DNA of 64,000 nt from Dehalococcoidia bacterium (GCA_965219085.1 OZ244720.1:2336001-2400000), one strand, 5' to 3'; shown: positions 1 through 11,625, counted from the first letter of the stretch. A program made the numbers and translations. Notes: generated from the sequence alone by a model not told the origin.

Positions 1-1532
1 TTCACGTGGTGGAGGAACGTGGTGAGCAGGCGCGCCAGCCACGAGATCAGCCAGCGGCCGAGCCGTGCGATGACGGAGCGCATCGGGATCGGCTCGAACG
101 CGACGCCCGCCGCCTCGAGCTGCTGCTGCAGCACGTCGCGGAGCACGCCATTGCGATGCTGCCAGCTGTACGTCTCGATGAGTCGCGTTCCGAGTTCCGC
201 GTGGATGCGGCGCTTCCATTCGACCCCCTCGGTGTAGCGCTTCCACGTCGGGGGCGGCCGGCCGTTCTCGTCGAGCGCGAAGTGCTCGATGTAGATGTCG
301 TGGGCAGGGAGGTAGAAGTCCGGCCGGTACTGGCTGTACTCCTGGGTCGCCGTCCGCTCCGGGAACTGCTGCTCGTAGCGGAACGCGACGCCGTGCAGGG
401 TCAGGAAGTTCGCGATCTCCAGCTCCTCGACGCTCTTCACGAGGTCGCCGCTGAGCGTGCGCAACTCCGAGTTGCGCACGTACTCGTAGTACTCGCCGGC
501 GCTATTGAAGCTGAACGGTGACCGGTACGGCGCGCGGTGATGCGCGACGAAGTCCGTGACGACGCCCGACTGCCGCGGGTCGCCCAGGAGGTCCCGGAGC
601 GCCTCGTCGACGGCGCGTTGGAAGGCCGCGTCGTCCTGAGCGAGCCGGGAGATGGTCGGGGCCACGCTGGTGTCGGCGATGACGCGGCGGCCGAAGGCGT
701 GGAACGTGAACACGTTGGTCGCCTTGAGGTCGGCGGGGAGCCGCTGGCGCACCTCTGCCGCGGCGGCGGCGTTGAACGCCAGCACGAGGATCTCGTCGGG
801 TGGCACGCCCTCGTTGCGCACGAGGTGCGCGACCTTGCCGATGATTACCGCGGTCTTGCCCGTGCCGGCGCCCGCGAGGACGAGCGTGGCGTCCTCGTCG
901 GTCGCGATGGCGAGCGCCTGCTCGTCGGTGAGCGCGACGCGGAGCGCCGTGCGGGCGGCGGCCTGCACGGCTGGGACTCGCTCCGCCGCGAAGCGCTCGT
1001 TCGCACGCTCGCGCGCGGCCTCGAACGCCCCGGCGGGTTCGAGCGGCGCGAGCCGGCGGAGGGCGTCGGCGGCGTGCGGCGGCAAGTGGTCGCGTGCGAA
1101 CGCCCCGTGGCACTCCCGCACCACCGAGGCGAGCTCCTCGTCGAGCGTGCCGACCGCGGATCGACGCGCGTAGCGGCCGCCGTCGAGGAACCGACGCAGC
1201 GCGGTGTCGACCCGCACCAACTCGGGACCGACGGTCGAGGCGCGGTGGGCGGCCGCCGCGCGCGCGGCTTCGACCACCGCCAGGGCCGACGGCTCATCGA
1301 GGCCCCCGATCGTGTGCCGGGCGCCGTCGGCGGTGCGGATCGTGAGCCTGTGCCAGAACCAGGAGCGGCGCACCTCGATCGCGTCGACAGAGCCGACGGG
1401 GATCGCCGTCGGGGTGCTCGCACCTGCGTTGACGCGCAGGGTCTCGCTGCTGATCGAGATGGCCGAGGGGCCGGGCTGCCAGAGGCGATAGAGCGAGGCA
1501 CTGCGGGCGCTCGCGCGTGGAGTCATTTCCAT
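1..1532 (-). CDS. helD: UvrD-family DNA helicase IV (HelD-like), 5' part; runs off the window's left edge
   Basis: Hand translation of the minus strand from ATG 1532 (alt. 1526): Q-motif/Walker A 'LTDEQALAIATDEDATLVLAGAGTGKT', 'ILVLAFN', 'TFHAFG', then 'VKSVEELEIANFL...YRPDFYLP..DIYIEHF'. Not in the ORF track because there is no stop in the window. Confidence 0.85.
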   Translation of the reverse strand, partial: MEMTPRASARSASLYRLWQPGPSAISISSETLRVNAGASTPTAIPVGSVDAIEVRRSWFWHRLTIRTADGARHTIGGLDEPSALAVVEAARAAAAHRASTVGPELVRVDTALRRFLDGGRYARRSAVGTLDEELASVVRECHGAFARDHLPPHAADALRRLAPLEPAGAFEAARERANERFAAERVPAVQAAARTALRVALTDEQALAIATDEDATLVLAGAGTGKTAVIIGKVAHLVRNEGVPPDEILVLAFNAAAAAEVRQRLPADLKATNVFTFHAFGRRVIADTSVAPTISRLAQDDAAFQRAVDEALRDLLGDPRQSGVVTDFVAHHRAPYRSPFSFNSAGEYYEYVRNSELRTLSGDLVKSVEELEIANFLTLHGVAFRYEQQFPERTATQEYSQYRPDFYLPAHDIYIEHFALDENGRPPPTWKRYTEGVEWKRRIHAELGTRLIETYSWQHRNGVLRDVLQQQLEAAGVAFEPIPMRSVIARLGRWLISWLARLLTTFLHHV

Positions 1533-1638
1533 GCGCGTGATTATTCCAGAGATCGCGCATGTGATTGAGTGCCGACCGCACGACACACGGCCCCGGGGCG
1601 CGGGGGCCTCGGGCTGCTCGGGAGACGGGAGCGAGGCG

Positions 1639-2970
<1,332 letters not shown>

Positions 2971-3025
2971 TCATCGGCCGACGGCATGCCGCGGACAAGG
3001 CGGGCGGCGAGGGCTCGGCGCGAGG

Positions 3026-3937
3026 CTAGTTGGCGCGCGGGTGGGCCTGTTCGAAGACCTCGCGGAGGTGGCTGTCGGCGAGGCGCGTGTAGATCTGCGT
3101 CGTCGAGACGTTGGCGTGGCCGAGCAGCTCTTGCACGTCGCGGACGGAAGCGCCGCCCCGCAGCATGTGGGTGGCGAAGGAGTGGCGGAGGGTATGCGGC
3201 GTGACGCGGCTGCCGATCTCGGCGGCTTTCGCGTAGTTCTTGAGGATCATCCAGAAGCCTTGCCGCGTGAGCCGCTCCCCGCGCCGGTTCACGAACAGCG
3301 CCTCCTGCGGCCGGGCCTTGAGCAGCCTCGGGCGTGACTCGTCCAGATAGCGCTCCACGGCGTCCATCGCCTTGTCGTAGACGGGGATGGTGCGCTCGCG
3401 GTCGCCCTTGCCGATGCAGCGCACCGAACCGGGCCGCGGCGTGAGGTGCAGGCTGTCGAGGTTGAGCGAGACGAGCTCGGTGACGCGCATCCCGGTGGCG
3501 TACATCAACTCGAGCATGCTGGAGTCGCGGATCGCCTCGGGGGTGTCGGAGGTGAGGGGCTGCCGCAGGAGCGCGTCGATCTCCTGGGTGCTGAGCGGCT
3601 TGGGCGTGGCCTTGGGCGCGCGCGGCGAGTCGATCGAGGCGGTGGGGTTCTCGGTAAGGTCGCCGTGGTCGAGCAGATAGCCGCAAAACGACTTCACGGC
3701 CGCGACCTTGCGGGCGATGGTGGCCGGCGCGTAGCCGCGCTCGCCGAGCCAGCCGACGTAGCCGGTGATCAGGTCACGGTCGATGGAACTGGCCTTGGGG
3801 ACCTCGCCGTTGTCGGCGCGCTCGGTGGCGAAGGAGGCGAAGCGGGTCAGGTCGTTCCGGTAGGCGTCGATGGTGTTCCGGGAAGATCCGCGCTCGGCGG
3901 ACATGTAGTGCAGGAACGCGTCGATCCGATCCTCCAC
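3026..3937 (-). CDS. xerD: Site-specific tyrosine recombinase XerD
   Basis: 'ERGSSRNTIDAYRNDL', 'LMYATGMRVTEL', 'GKGDRER', 'LTRQG', 'TPHTLRHSFATHML', 'VQELLGHA...TTQIY'; GTG start at 3937. Confidence 0.93.
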   Translation of the reverse strand: MEDRIDAFLHYMSAERGSSRNTIDAYRNDLTRFASFATERADNGEVPKASSIDRDLITGYVGWLGERGYAPATIARKVAAVKSFCGYLLDHGDLTENPTASIDSPRAPKATPKPLSTQEIDALLRQPLTSDTPEAIRDSSMLELMYATGMRVTELVSLNLDSLHLTPRPGSVRCIGKGDRERTIPVYDKAMDAVERYLDESRPRLLKARPQEALFVNRRGERLTRQGFWMILKNYAKAAEIGSRVTPHTLRHSFATHMLRGGASVRDVQELLGHANVSTTQIYTRLADSHLREVFEQAHPRAN

Positions 3938-4049
3938 CCGGGGCCCCCCACCACGCTCACCGGCTCGATCCTGCGCGGCGCGAGTATACAGGGACGTGAT
4001 CTCGGCTGGGGAAAATCGCGTCTGCCGCAAATCGGTTATTTCTCGATTG

Positions 4050-4754
4050 TCAAGCGGGTTTGCCGCCCTCGTCGGGAAATGCGCCCTCTCCAATCAGCGG
4101 CACGAAGCGGCAGCCGCCCAGCGATCTCCGCCGCAGCCGCTCGCCGCGCTTTGTGATCACGAGCAGCTCCTGCTCCGCCCGACGCCCCACCGGGATCACG
4201 AGGCGCCCGCCCTCCGCGAGCTGGTCGACGAGGGTCGTGGGCACCTCGGGCGCGGCGGCCGTCACCACGATCGCGTCGAACGGTCCGTCGTCCGGCGCGC
4301 CGAGGGCCGTACCGGCCGGCCGACAGCGCACGTTGCGAATCCCGAGGCGGCGCAGCGTCGCCCGCGCGCGGCGGAGCAGCGCGCCGACGCGCTCGACGGT
4401 GACGACCTCGCGCGCGAGGCGCGCGAGCACGGCCGCCTGGTAGCCGGATCCGGTACCGAGCTCGAGCACGCGCTCCTCGCCGTCGAGGGCGGCGGCCTCG
4501 GACATCATGGCCACGATCAGCGGCTGCGAGATCGTCTGCCCGCTACCGATCGGCAGCGCGCCGTCGTCGAAGGCGTGGCGTCGCAGGCCCGCCGGGACGA
4601 ACTCGTCCCGTGGTACGGCGCGCATCGCGTTCAAGACGCGCCGGTCGCGGACGTGGCGGCGGATGAAGCGCAGCATGCGCTCCTCGGCGCGGTCGCGCCC
4701 AGCGTCTGCCGGGCTGGGTCCTGCGCCGTTGCCGCCGCGCGTGCCGGGGGCCAT
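4050..4754 (-). CDS. pcm: Protein-L-isoaspartate(D-aspartate) O-methyltransferase
   Basis: 'LPIGSGQTISQP', 'VLELGTGSGYQAAVL', 'GPFDAIVVTAA', 'CRFVPL'. Confidence 0.95.
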   Translation of the reverse strand: MAPGTRGGNGAGPSPADAGRDRAEERMLRFIRRHVRDRRVLNAMRAVPRDEFVPAGLRRHAFDDGALPIGSGQTISQPLIVAMMSEAAALDGEERVLELGTGSGYQAAVLARLAREVVTVERVGALLRRARATLRRLGIRNVRCRPAGTALGAPDDGPFDAIVVTAAAPEVPTTLVDQLAEGGRLVIPVGRRAEQELLVITKRGERLRRRSLGGCRFVPLIGEGAFPDEGGKPA

Positions 4755-4773
4755 CGAGTCGGGTCCGGCGCCG

Positions 4774-6660
4774 CTACAGCGAGCGCTTGACGGTCTCCGC
4801 CAAGCGCGTGCTGAAGCCCTCGACCGCCGCGATGTCGTCGACGCTCGCCTGGCGCAGCGCCTTCACCGAGCCGAACGTGCGCAGCAGCGCGCGCTTGCGC
4901 TTCGGGCCGACGCCGGGGATGGCGTCTAGGGCCGAGCGGCGCGTCTGCTTGCCGCGCAGCGTGCGGTGGTAGGTGATGGCGAAGCGGTGCGCCTCGTCGC
5001 GCACGCGCTGGAGCAGGTAGAGCGCCTGTGACGTGCGAGGCAGCACGATCGGCTCGTCGACGTCGGCGACGAAGACCTCCTCCTCGCGCTTCGCCAGCCC
5101 GCACACCGGCACGTCCCCGAGCGCGAGGTCGCGCATCACGTCGAGCGCCGCGCCGAGCTGCCCCTTGCCGCCGTCGATGACGACGAGGTCGGGCGTGACG
5201 TCCCACGGGCTCGGCTCGTCCGGCTCCGGCGGCTCGTCTGCGGCAGGCGTGGCGTCCGCGGGCAGCGCCTTTGTCTCCTCGCGCGAGCGGGCGAGACGCC
5301 CGAAGCGCCGCGTCAGAACCTCGCGCATCGAGGCGAAGTCGTCCTGGCCCTCTACGGTCTTGATGCGAAAGCGCCGGTACTCCTGGTTGCGCGGGCTGCC
5401 GTCCTCGAACACCACCATCGACGCCACCGTGTTGGTGCCCTGGATGGTCGAGATGTCATAACACTCGATGCGTCGAGGCGGCTCCGGCAGGTCGAGCTCG
5501 TCCTGCAGCAGCGAGATCGCCGCAGCGGTCTTGTCGCGGTTGGCGAGCCAGCGCACGCGCTGCATCGCCAGCGCCTCGCGCGCGTTCTCCTCGGCGGTCG
5601 CCACCAGCGCGCGCAGCTCGCCGCGCTCCGGCACCGCGATGTCGACCGCGCGCCCGCGGCGCTCGCGCAGCGCCGCCCGCAGCTCCTCGCGGTCGGCGGG
5701 GGCGTGCGACAGCAGCACGGTGCGCGGGATGTACGTTGCCGACTCGAAGAACTGCGCGAGGAACGCGCCCAGCACCTCGGCGTCGGTCGCGTCGGTCGCG
5801 CCATCGAGGGTGAACGAGTCGGTGTCCGCGACCACGGTGCCACGCACGAAGAAGACGTGGACACACGCCTCGTCGCCCTCGCGCGCGAGCGCGAAGATGT
5901 CGGCGTCGAGCGACGAGGTGGTGGCCATGCGCTGGCGCTCGGTGACGCTGCGGATCGCGTCGGCCTGGTCGCGCAGGCGGGCGGCGCGCTCGAACTCGAG
6001 GGTGTCGGCGGCCGCGCGCATCTCCCCCTCGACGCCCTGCAGCACCTCGCTACTGCGGCCCTCGAGGAAGAGCAGCGTCTGGTCGATGACGCCTCGGTAC
6101 TCGTCCTCGGTGCAGTAGCTCGTGCACGGCGCGATGCAGCGCTTGATGTAGTAGTCGAGGCAGGGGCGGGGGTCGGTGCCGGTGATCTCCTTCGAGCACG
6201 ACCGCCACGGGAACAGCTTCTTGACCACGTCGAGCGTGCGCCGCACCGAGCCCGCCGAGGCGTACGGCCCGAAGTAGCGCGCACCATCCTGCTCGACGCG
6301 GCGGGTGATGGTGACGCGCGGCCAGTCGTGCTGGACATCGACCCTGAGGTATGGGTAGTGCTTGTCGTCCTTGAGCCGGACGTTGAAGACGGGCTGGTGG
6401 CGCTTGACGAGCGTCGCTTCGAGCATCAGCGCCTCGGCCTCGTTGGCGGTCACGACGTGGTCGAGCGTCTCGATCTGCTCGACGAGCGTGCGCACCTTCG
6501 GCTCGAGGCTGCGGCCGGAGCCGAAGTAGGAGCGGACGCGCGCGCGCAGGCGCTTGGCCTTGCCGACGTAGATCACCTCGGCGCGGGCGTTCTTCATAAT
6601 GTAGACGCCTGGGCGCTCGGGGAGGGCGCGCGCCTGGTGGAGCACGGTGGAGGAGGTCAT
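4774..6660 (-). CDS. uvrC: Excinuclease ABC subunit C
   Basis: GIY-YIG 'PGVYIM...VIYVGKAKRLRARVRSYF', 'RIECYDIS', 'PDLVVIDGGKGQL', 'RDEAHRFA', C-terminal HhH 'IPGVGPKR'. Confidence 0.98.
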   Translation of the reverse strand: MTSSTVLHQARALPERPGVYIMKNARAEVIYVGKAKRLRARVRSYFGSGRSLEPKVRTLVEQIETLDHVVTANEAEALMLEATLVKRHQPVFNVRLKDDKHYPYLRVDVQHDWPRVTITRRVEQDGARYFGPYASAGSVRRTLDVVKKLFPWRSCSKEITGTDPRPCLDYYIKRCIAPCTSYCTEDEYRGVIDQTLLFLEGRSSEVLQGVEGEMRAAADTLEFERAARLRDQADAIRSVTERQRMATTSSLDADIFALAREGDEACVHVFFVRGTVVADTDSFTLDGATDATDAEVLGAFLAQFFESATYIPRTVLLSHAPADREELRAALRERRGRAVDIAVPERGELRALVATAEENAREALAMQRVRWLANRDKTAAAISLLQDELDLPEPPRRIECYDISTIQGTNTVASMVVFEDGSPRNQEYRRFRIKTVEGQDDFASMREVLTRRFGRLARSREETKALPADATPAADEPPEPDEPSPWDVTPDLVVIDGGKGQLGAALDVMRDLALGDVPVCGLAKREEEVFVADVDEPIVLPRTSQALYLLQRVRDEAHRFAITYHRTLRGKQTRRSALDAIPGVGPKRKRALLRTFGSVKALRQASVDDIAAVEGFSTRLAETVKRSL

Positions 6661-6748
6661 GCGTCCAGTGTAGCGCCGCGTGGAAGTAACCCCGCCGCTG
6701 CCGATGGCGGTGCGAGCCTGCTAGGCTGTCTTGTGTAGTGGGGCTGGC

Positions 6749-7534
6749 ATGACGGACAACGCCGCCGAGCGACCGTGGCTGCGGTTCCGCATCACGGGGA
6801 ACGATCCCGGCGGAGTGGATGTCCGCGCACTGGCGGACATCCTCGAGGAGTTGGCCCGCGCGACCCGCTTCATCGCGGACGAGCTGATCGGGCTCGGTCG
6901 CCCGCGCGGCGCGCTGAGCCAACTCGAGCGCTCTCTCGCCGCGTTTCGGGTGGTCTCGGTCTCGCTCGGGAGCCTCGATATGGCACTGGCGGCACCGCCG
7001 CTGGCGGCGACAGGAGACGAGGCCGGGCAAGAGGCCGACTCGCTCACGCCCGACATGGTGGCCGGGGCGCTCATCGAGGAGATCGAGGCGGTGTCGCGGG
7101 TCGAACTCAGCCCTCTGGGCGGGTACGAGCGAAGGCACGCCGTCGAACGCCTGATGTGCTCCGCAGCCCGAATCGGCGACTCAGTCGATGTGGCGCACTG
7201 CCCGGCTGAGGGCCGCGACATGCGAGCGCAGGTGCAGTTGACCCGGGCGGTATTGGTGACTGCCGGACTCACGTCGGCGCCGCGCGCCGACTCGAACCGG
7301 AACGCGGGGAAGCAAGTGGTGTGGCTGCGGCGGCAGTTGCACGTGCGCGACATCGAACGGCAGGGCGGCCTCGCCCACCCCCCCCAATCCATTGAGGAGT
7401 TGGCCCGCGAGCAGGGCTTGCTCGACAGGCCGCCCGCCGACTACCCGACGCTGCTCGCTGATCTGTGGGAGACCGAGGAGGAGGCGGCAGCTTTTCGCGA
7501 GGAGATCCGGAGAGGGCGTAGCGCCTCGCAGTGA
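6749..7534 (+). CDS. Hypothetical protein; large N-terminal domain plus a C-terminal antitoxin-like segment, coupled to the PIN gene
   Basis: 261-aa ORF from ATG 6749; GTGA overlap with the PIN ORF; acidic tail 'SIEELAREQGL...LLADLWETEEEAAAFREEIRRGR'. Confidence 0.65.
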   Translation: MTDNAAERPWLRFRITGNDPGGVDVRALADILEELARATRFIADELIGLGRPRGALSQLERSLAAFRVVSVSLGSLDMALAAPPLAATGDEAGQEADSLTPDMVAGALIEEIEAVSRVELSPLGGYERRHAVERLMCSAARIGDSVDVAHCPAEGRDMRAQVQLTRAVLVTAGLTSAPRADSNRNAGKQVVWLRRQLHVRDIERQGGLAHPPQSIEELAREQGLLDRPPADYPTLLADLWETEEEAAAFREEIRRGRSASQ

Positions 7535-7956
7535 CCACGGGACAGCCCCGCGACTTCGTGGTTGCTGACACATCGGTGCTTTCGTACTTCACACGCCGGG
7601 TGCCACCCGAGCCTGCGTATCGTGAGATGTTGGCGGGCCGGACCATCGGGCTCTCGTACTTCGTCCGCGCCGAATTAGAAGGCGCGACCTGGGATCCGCC
7701 GCAGCGTGACCGTCTGAATGCCGTGTACGAGGAGTGCATCAATCTTGCTCCGGGCACCGCGACTACGATCTGGTACAACAGGGGTCACGCCATGCGCAGC
7801 CAACTCAAACTGGCCCGGGACGTCGGTGACATGGATCTCTGGATCATCGCCTACGCGGCCGAGTACGCAGTCCCGTACATGTCGCACGATCGCAGGGCGT
7901 GTGAGATAGCCCGCGCCCTCGGCGTTGAGGTGCTCACAGCGCTCGGCCAGGCCTGA
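7531..7956 (+). CDS. PIN-domain (VapC-like) ribonuclease toxin
   Basis: PIN acidic residues in 'VVADTSVLS', 'VRAELE', 'DMDLWIIAYA', 'YMSHD'; 141 aa. Confidence 0.85.
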   Translation: MTTGQPRDFVVADTSVLSYFTRRVPPEPAYREMLAGRTIGLSYFVRAELEGATWDPPQRDRLNAVYEECINLAPGTATTIWYNRGHAMRSQLKLARDVGDMDLWIIAYAAEYAVPYMSHDRRACEIARALGVEVLTALGQA

Positions 7957-8096
7957 TCCCGCGCGCGAGTAGCGCGCGCGGTGACGTCGCGGCTCACACG
8001 TACGGAGGCACGAGCCGAGCGTGCGCGCCGTAGCACCGCCGTCGCCGCACGGGGTATCCTCGGTGTGCGACCCCGCGACTTCGCCGGAGGAATCGG

Positions 8097-8333
8097 ATGC
8101 CGGAGCAGTACAAGCTGCCGTACACCCTGAGAGCGCCATCCGAGGAGACCGAGGATATGTACCTGGCGGAGGTGCCCGTGCTCCCGGGTTGCCGGGCGTG
8201 GGGCGCGACCGCCGAAGAGGCTCTGCATAACCTCGAAGGCGTGGCTGCGGACTTCATCGCCTCCTGCGAGCAGCACGGTGATCCCCTTCCCGCAGCCATT
8301 GCCGAAGCCGGGGAGCTCGTAGTCGCCGTGTGA
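8097..8333 (+). CDS. hicB: HicB-family antitoxin (short, no DNA-binding domain)
   Basis: 'YLAEVPVLPGCRAWGATAEEALHNL...GDPLP'. Confidence 0.88.
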   Translation: MPEQYKLPYTLRAPSEETEDMYLAEVPVLPGCRAWGATAEEALHNLEGVAADFIASCEQHGDPLPAAIAEAGELVVAV

Positions 8334-8539
8334 CCTATCGGGATCTGGCCCGCAAGCTGAGAGCCCTCGGCTGCGAGTTCGATCGCCAGTCGCGCGGCTC
8401 TCACGAAATCTGGCGTAATCCCGCCAACGGCGCGCGGACGACTGTCCCGAATTGGGGAGGCAAGGACCTGCGTACCGGGACGATCCGAGCGATCGTGCGG
8501 GATCTTCGCGTGGACACGAGGGCCTTCGACGAGGCCTGA
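8330..8539 (+). CDS. hicA: HicA-family mRNA interferase toxin
   Basis: 'LRALGCEFDRQSRGSHEIW...TTVPNWGGKDLRTGTIRAIVR'; GSH catalytic motif; 4-nt overlap with hicB. Confidence 0.9.
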   Translation: MTYRDLARKLRALGCEFDRQSRGSHEIWRNPANGARTTVPNWGGKDLRTGTIRAIVRDLRVDTRAFDEA

Positions 8540-8611
8540 TCCCGCCCACCGCATCGCATTGACCGCGGCCGCGCCCCTCCATACGCTCGCCGGGCACGAG
8601 GAGGCCCCAGC

Positions 8612-9830
8612 GTGGACTTCGAGCCGGCATACACGCCCGAACAACGAGGCTTCCGCACCGAGGTGCGCGACTGGCTCGACGATCACGTCCCTCAGATCGA
8701 GGGCGATCAGGACTCGGACGAGAACTACCCGAAGTAGCGCCAGCTCGGCCGCGACCTCGGCGAGAAGGGCTGGCTCCGGCCCACCGCACCCACGGAGTAC
8801 GGCGGCGGCGGACTGACCATCGACCACGCCATCGTCCTCGCCGAGGAGATGGACCGGCACAACCTCAGCATGCCGCCGTACTACGACAGCGGCGGCAGCC
8901 TCGGCGGCGCCAGCATCCTCGTCTGGGGCAGCGAGGAGCAGAAGCGCCGGCTCCTGCCCCCGATCTTCCGCGGCGAGACCGTCACCTGGCAGCTCCTGAC
9001 CGGCCCCGAGGCAGGCTCCGACCTCGCCTCGACACAGACCGACGCCGTCCGCGACGCCGACGAGTACGTCATCAACGGCACCAAGATCTTCATCGGCGGC
9101 TCGCACGATGCCGACTCGTTCTGGACTATCGCGCGCACCGACCGCGATGCGCCGCGCCACCAGAACGTGAGCTGGTTCATGATCCCCGCCGACCTGCCCG
9201 GCATCACCGTCGATCGCATGTACCTGCTCGGCGATGGCGGCGAGGGCATCGGCAGCGGCTACAAGAACACGATCTACTTCGACAACGTGCGCGTCCCCAT
9301 CGAGAACCTCGTCGGCGGCGAGAACAACGGGTGGGCAGTCGCCAGGACGCACCTCGAACTCGAGCACGGCTCCGCGGGCGCATCGGCCGCAACGTGATGT
9401 TCGAGCGCACGCGTGAGCGGCTGCGCTCGCTGCCCTCGAACGGCTCGCACCCGCTCGACGATGCGGAGTCGCGCGGCCTCCTCGCCGACGTGTTCATGGA
9501 GACCGGAGTGCAGCGGCTGCTCGACCTGCGCAACTTCTGGATGAACCGCTCGCACGAGGAGATGAGCTACGAGGGCCCGCAGGCCTCGTACTTCCGCAAG
9601 ATGAGCAACCTCCGCGTCGCGCAGACACTGATGGAGCTGCTCGGCCCCTACACGCTGCTCGACGACACCGGGGAGTTCGACGACGCGCAGGGCTGGTTCG
9701 CCTCGTTCCAGCGCAACGCGATCGTGCAGCTGCACCCGGCGGGACGGCGGACATCCAGAAGGTGATCATGGCCCGCCGCATCGGCATCGGCCGCGAGGTG
9801 CGCGAGCGCGCCGGCAAGACCGTCGAGTAG
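8612..9830 (+). pseudogene. Acyl-CoA dehydrogenase, disrupted by an in-frame TAG and two frameshifts (or by assembly errors)
   Basis: GTG 8612 'VDFEPAYTPEQRGFRTEVRDWL'; TAG in frame at 8735-8737; 'GPEAGSDLAS', 'NGTKIF', 'YFDNVRVP', 'GENNGW'; single-base losses near 9376-9378 and 9735-9739 restore '...GRIGRNVMF...' and 'HPGGTADIQKVIMARR...' ending at TAG 9830. Confidence 0.85.
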
Positions 9831-9836
9831 CCGGCC

Positions 9837-10984
9837 GTGGACCTCTCACTCACCGAGGAACAGCAGCTCCTCAAGCAGGGCGTCGAGGATTTCGTGGCAC
9901 GTGAGGCGACGCGCGAGGAGGTCGTCGGCTCGCCGACAGCGACCTCGGCTTCTCGCCGGAGCACTACACGCGCATCGCCGAACTCGGCTGGCTCGGCGCG
10001 GCCATGCCGGAGCGCTACGGCGGCGCGGGCATGGGACTGACCGACGCTGCCGTGCTGTTCGAGGCCTTCGGCTACGCGGCGCTGCCCGGCCCGTTCGTCT
10101 CCTCGGCCGTCGTCTCGGCGCTCATCGTCGAGGAGGCGGGGAGCGAGGAGCAGCGCGCGGCGCTGCTGCCGCGCATCGCCAGCGGGCAGGCGATCGCCGT
10201 GCTCGCGCTCACCGAGGCCGCCTACGGCTGGGGCCCCGAGGGCGTGCACATGCGCGCCCACGTGAGCGGCGGCGACTACGTCCTCGACGGCGTCAAGCTG
10301 TTCGTACACGACGCGATGGGCGCGACGCACTTCATCGTGGCCGTCCGTACCAGCGACGCCGCAGGGCTCTCCCTGCTGCTCGTCGACGCCTCGGCGCCGG
10401 GCGTCTCCGTACGCCGCCTCGATAGCTTCACGGGCTCGGAGTGCGTCGTGCGCTTCGAGGGCGTGCGCGTGCCGGTCTCGGCCGTGCTCGGCGAGGTCGG
10501 AGGGGCCGAGGCACCGTTGGAGCGTGCGCAGGCGCGCGCGACGCCGGTGCTCTGCGCCTACCAGGTCGGTGGCGGCCAGGCAGCGTTCGACATGGCCGTC
10601 GCCTACAGCCGCGAGCGGCGGCAGTTCGGCCAGCCGATCGGCCGCTTCCAGCACGTCCAGCACCACATCATCCAGCTCGTGAACCACGTCGACGCGTCAC
10701 GCTGGACGACCTACGAGGCGCTGTGGCGGCTCGACGAAGGCAAGCCGGGAGGCGAGGTCGCCTCGCACCTCGCGAAGGCGGTGACGAGCGAGGGGTTCGT
10801 GCAGGCCGTGAACTTCTCGCACGAGGTGCACGCGGGCGCGGGCGTGATGCACGAGTACGGGCTGACGCTCTACACGCAGCTCTCGCGCTCGTTGTACCAC
10901 CACCTCGGCAGCCCGCGTTGGCGCCGCCGCCGGCTCGGCGACCTCCTCGTCGGCCACGACCTTGGCCCCGACCCACTCGACTGA
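9837..10984 (+). pseudogene. Acyl-CoA dehydrogenase (partner subunit of a tandem ACAD pair), one frameshift
   Basis: 'VDLSLTEEQQLLKQGVEDF' then a shift near 9927 into 'LADSDLGFSPEHYTRIAELGWLGAAMPERYGG', 'LDGVKLFV', 'RRQFGQPIGRFQHVQH', 'EVHAGAG'. Confidence 0.85.
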
Positions 10985-11062
10985 CCGTGTGCCGGTCGAG
11001 TGGTTCGGCGTCGGTGCCTGATCCCGGCGCTGTAGAATGCAGGTGCGCCGGAGCGACCAGAG

Positions 11063-11620
11063 ATGACGACCACCGAGACCAAGCTCCTGACGGCCGACGA
11101 CTTGCTGCGGCTCTACAGCCAGGGCGTGCGCGGCGAACTGATCCGGGGGGTGCTCGCCGAGACCATGTCGACGGGACAGTTGCACGGCAGGATCGTCGCA
11201 AAGCTGGTCGCGGCGCTGGTCAACTTCGTCGACGCGGCGGAGCTTGGCACCGTCGTCACTTCCGACTCGGGTGTGCGGCTCGAGCGCGACCCGGACACGG
11301 TGCGCGAGCCGGACATCGGCTTCACGTCAGTAGCGCGGCTGCCGCTCGACGAGGTCGTCGGAGGCTACGCGGAGGTGGTGCCGGACCTCGTGGTCGAAGT
11401 CTCGTCGCCGGGCGACACCCGGCGCGCGGTCAACGACAAGGCGCGGATGTGGCTGAGCTACGGTGCGCGCCTCGTCTGGGTGGTGCACCCGGACACGCGC
11501 ACGGTCGATGTGCACAGGCCGGATCAGGCCGCCTCGACCCTCAGCGAGGACGAGACCCTCGACGGCATGGACGTGCTGCCCGGCTTCACCTGCGCGGTGA
11601 GCACCGTCTTCGGGGCGTAG
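11063..11620 (+). CDS. Uma2 (DUF820) family PD-(D/E)XK endonuclease-like protein
   Basis: 'ELIRG', 'HGRI', 'VREPDIGF', 'PDLVVEVSSPGD', 'GARLVWVVHP', 'VLPGF'. Confidence 0.92.
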   Translation: MTTTETKLLTADDLLRLYSQGVRGELIRGVLAETMSTGQLHGRIVAKLVAALVNFVDAAELGTVVTSDSGVRLERDPDTVREPDIGFTSVARLPLDEVVGGYAEVVPDLVVEVSSPGDTRRAVNDKARMWLSYGARLVWVVHPDTRTVDVHRPDQAASTLSEDETLDGMDVLPGFTCAVSTVFGA

Positions 11621-11625
11621 CGCGC

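Noticed and set aside
3026-3937. Tyrosine recombinase as a prophage or island integrase
   Set aside because: It has XerD-specific motifs (LTRQG, HSFATH) and sits in a housekeeping run (uvrC-pcm-xerD-eno) with no att sites or phage genes.
3983-4053. AT-rich patch upstream of xerD as a dif site or consensus promoter
   Set aside because: No XerC/XerD arm consensus, and the minus-strand TTGACA and TATACT are about 60 nt apart, so they are not one promoter.
8735-8737. In-frame TAG as pyrrolysine or programmed readthrough
   Set aside because: The same gene has two frameshifts and no pyl genes are in the window; decay or sequencing error is simpler.
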